Positions 63,482-64,000 of a DNA stretch of 64,000 bases are shown in pieces. This DNA comes from Tortispora ganteri. Its lineage: Eukaryota. Location: contig PPNB01000002.1 of the NCBI GenBank assembly GCA_003707115.1, positions 558,001-622,000 of the forward strand, read 5' to 3'. The translations under genes were made by a program, and so were the position numbers. Numbering within the stretch: position 1 is the first letter of the stretch; every line of letters starts with the position of its first letter. The notes below the pieces were generated by a model. The model searched no databases and had not been told where the DNA came from. It saw nothing but the letters and a program-made list of their open reading frames with translations.

Positions 63482-64000
63482 TTAAAGAAGAGAACGAATG
63501 AATCTAACAACATCAGTTCTATTCTCTTTCATTGCTTCTTCCATGACATATATAAGAGTTCCTTTTCCAACTTTTTCTTCTGATCTACGATTATAGATCT
63601 CCTTAATTGCTTGATCAAAACTCTTGCAATCAGCCATTGTACGTAAATGAGTATTGATAATTCTGAACCTGTCTTGAATCAGTTTCGCGGGCAAAAATTT
63701 GCGAGATTGTCTTGTTTTCAGCCACATTTCATATTCCACGCGGACCACATTAGCCAGACGTAGGTCCTTTTGAGTATTAGCAGCCATCATTAGACTGCGG
63801 TATATAATACTATTTCTGAGGATTCTGCTGCCATTTGGCCTATCTTTAAGAGATTTCTCTTGCCGGAAGGATATCTTCTTGGACGTCTTATCGCCATAAT
63901 AGCAAGCAAAAATATCAGCCTGAGAATAGAAAGGAATTTCTGTGAGACGCTGCACTTCGTCAAGGTAGGACTTATAAGAGTCATGCCTAGAGACAGCTTC
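63482..64000 (-). CDS. 3' part of an uncharacterised protein; 5' end lies beyond the window
   Basis: Frame is open from 64000 (EAVSRHDSYKSYLDEVQR...) to TAA at 63482. Confidence 0.55.
   Translation of the reverse strand, partial: EAVSRHDSYKSYLDEVQRLTEIPFYSQADIFACYYGDKTSKKISFRQEKSLKDRPNGSRILRNSIIYRSLMMAANTQKDLRLANVVRVEYEMWLKTRQSRKFLPAKLIQDRFRIINTHLRTMADCKSFDQAIKEIYNRRSEEKVGKGTLIYVMEEAMKENRTDVVRFIRSLL

Noticed and set aside
1..64000. Alternative CUG code, transposons, CRISPR, rRNA
   Set aside because: CTG encodes conserved Leu; no transposase, RT, LTR/TIR, repeat-spacer array or rRNA motifs were seen.

Overview
Gene-dense eukaryotic DNA from an ascomycete yeast, probably an early-diverging Saccharomycotina. 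The code is standard: conserved Leu residues such as Rpt2 C-terminal EGLYL and Not3 RKLQQ use CTG. Most genes are intronless and the few introns are short. The window holds about 35 protein genes, mostly housekeeping (SFM1, YKE4, USO1, PRP3, BIR1, NUP85, RMT2, RPT2, PAC10, TDP1-like, NOT3/5, GUF1, MAD2, SEC2, NAB3-like, UTP6, APC10, ACE2/SWI5). Four spliced models were rebuilt by hand because the ORF track misses or truncates them: SFM1, a 4-exon RUB1/NEDD8, NOT3/5 and a GGQ-motif PTH4/ICT1. An accessory block at about 11-27 kb contains two apparent functional clusters: a divergent YicI-type alpha-xylosidase plus sugar porter pair, and an RTA1 flippase, Zn2Cys6 regulator and PDR ABC pump trio. 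Other notable points are frequent AAG splice acceptors, very tight gene spacing including a shared TTAA stop overlap, telomere-like motifs in promoters, and an ORF-free structured region of about 0.9 kb. No tRNA, rRNA, transposon or CRISPR was recognised. All family calls come from remembered motifs, not database searches.
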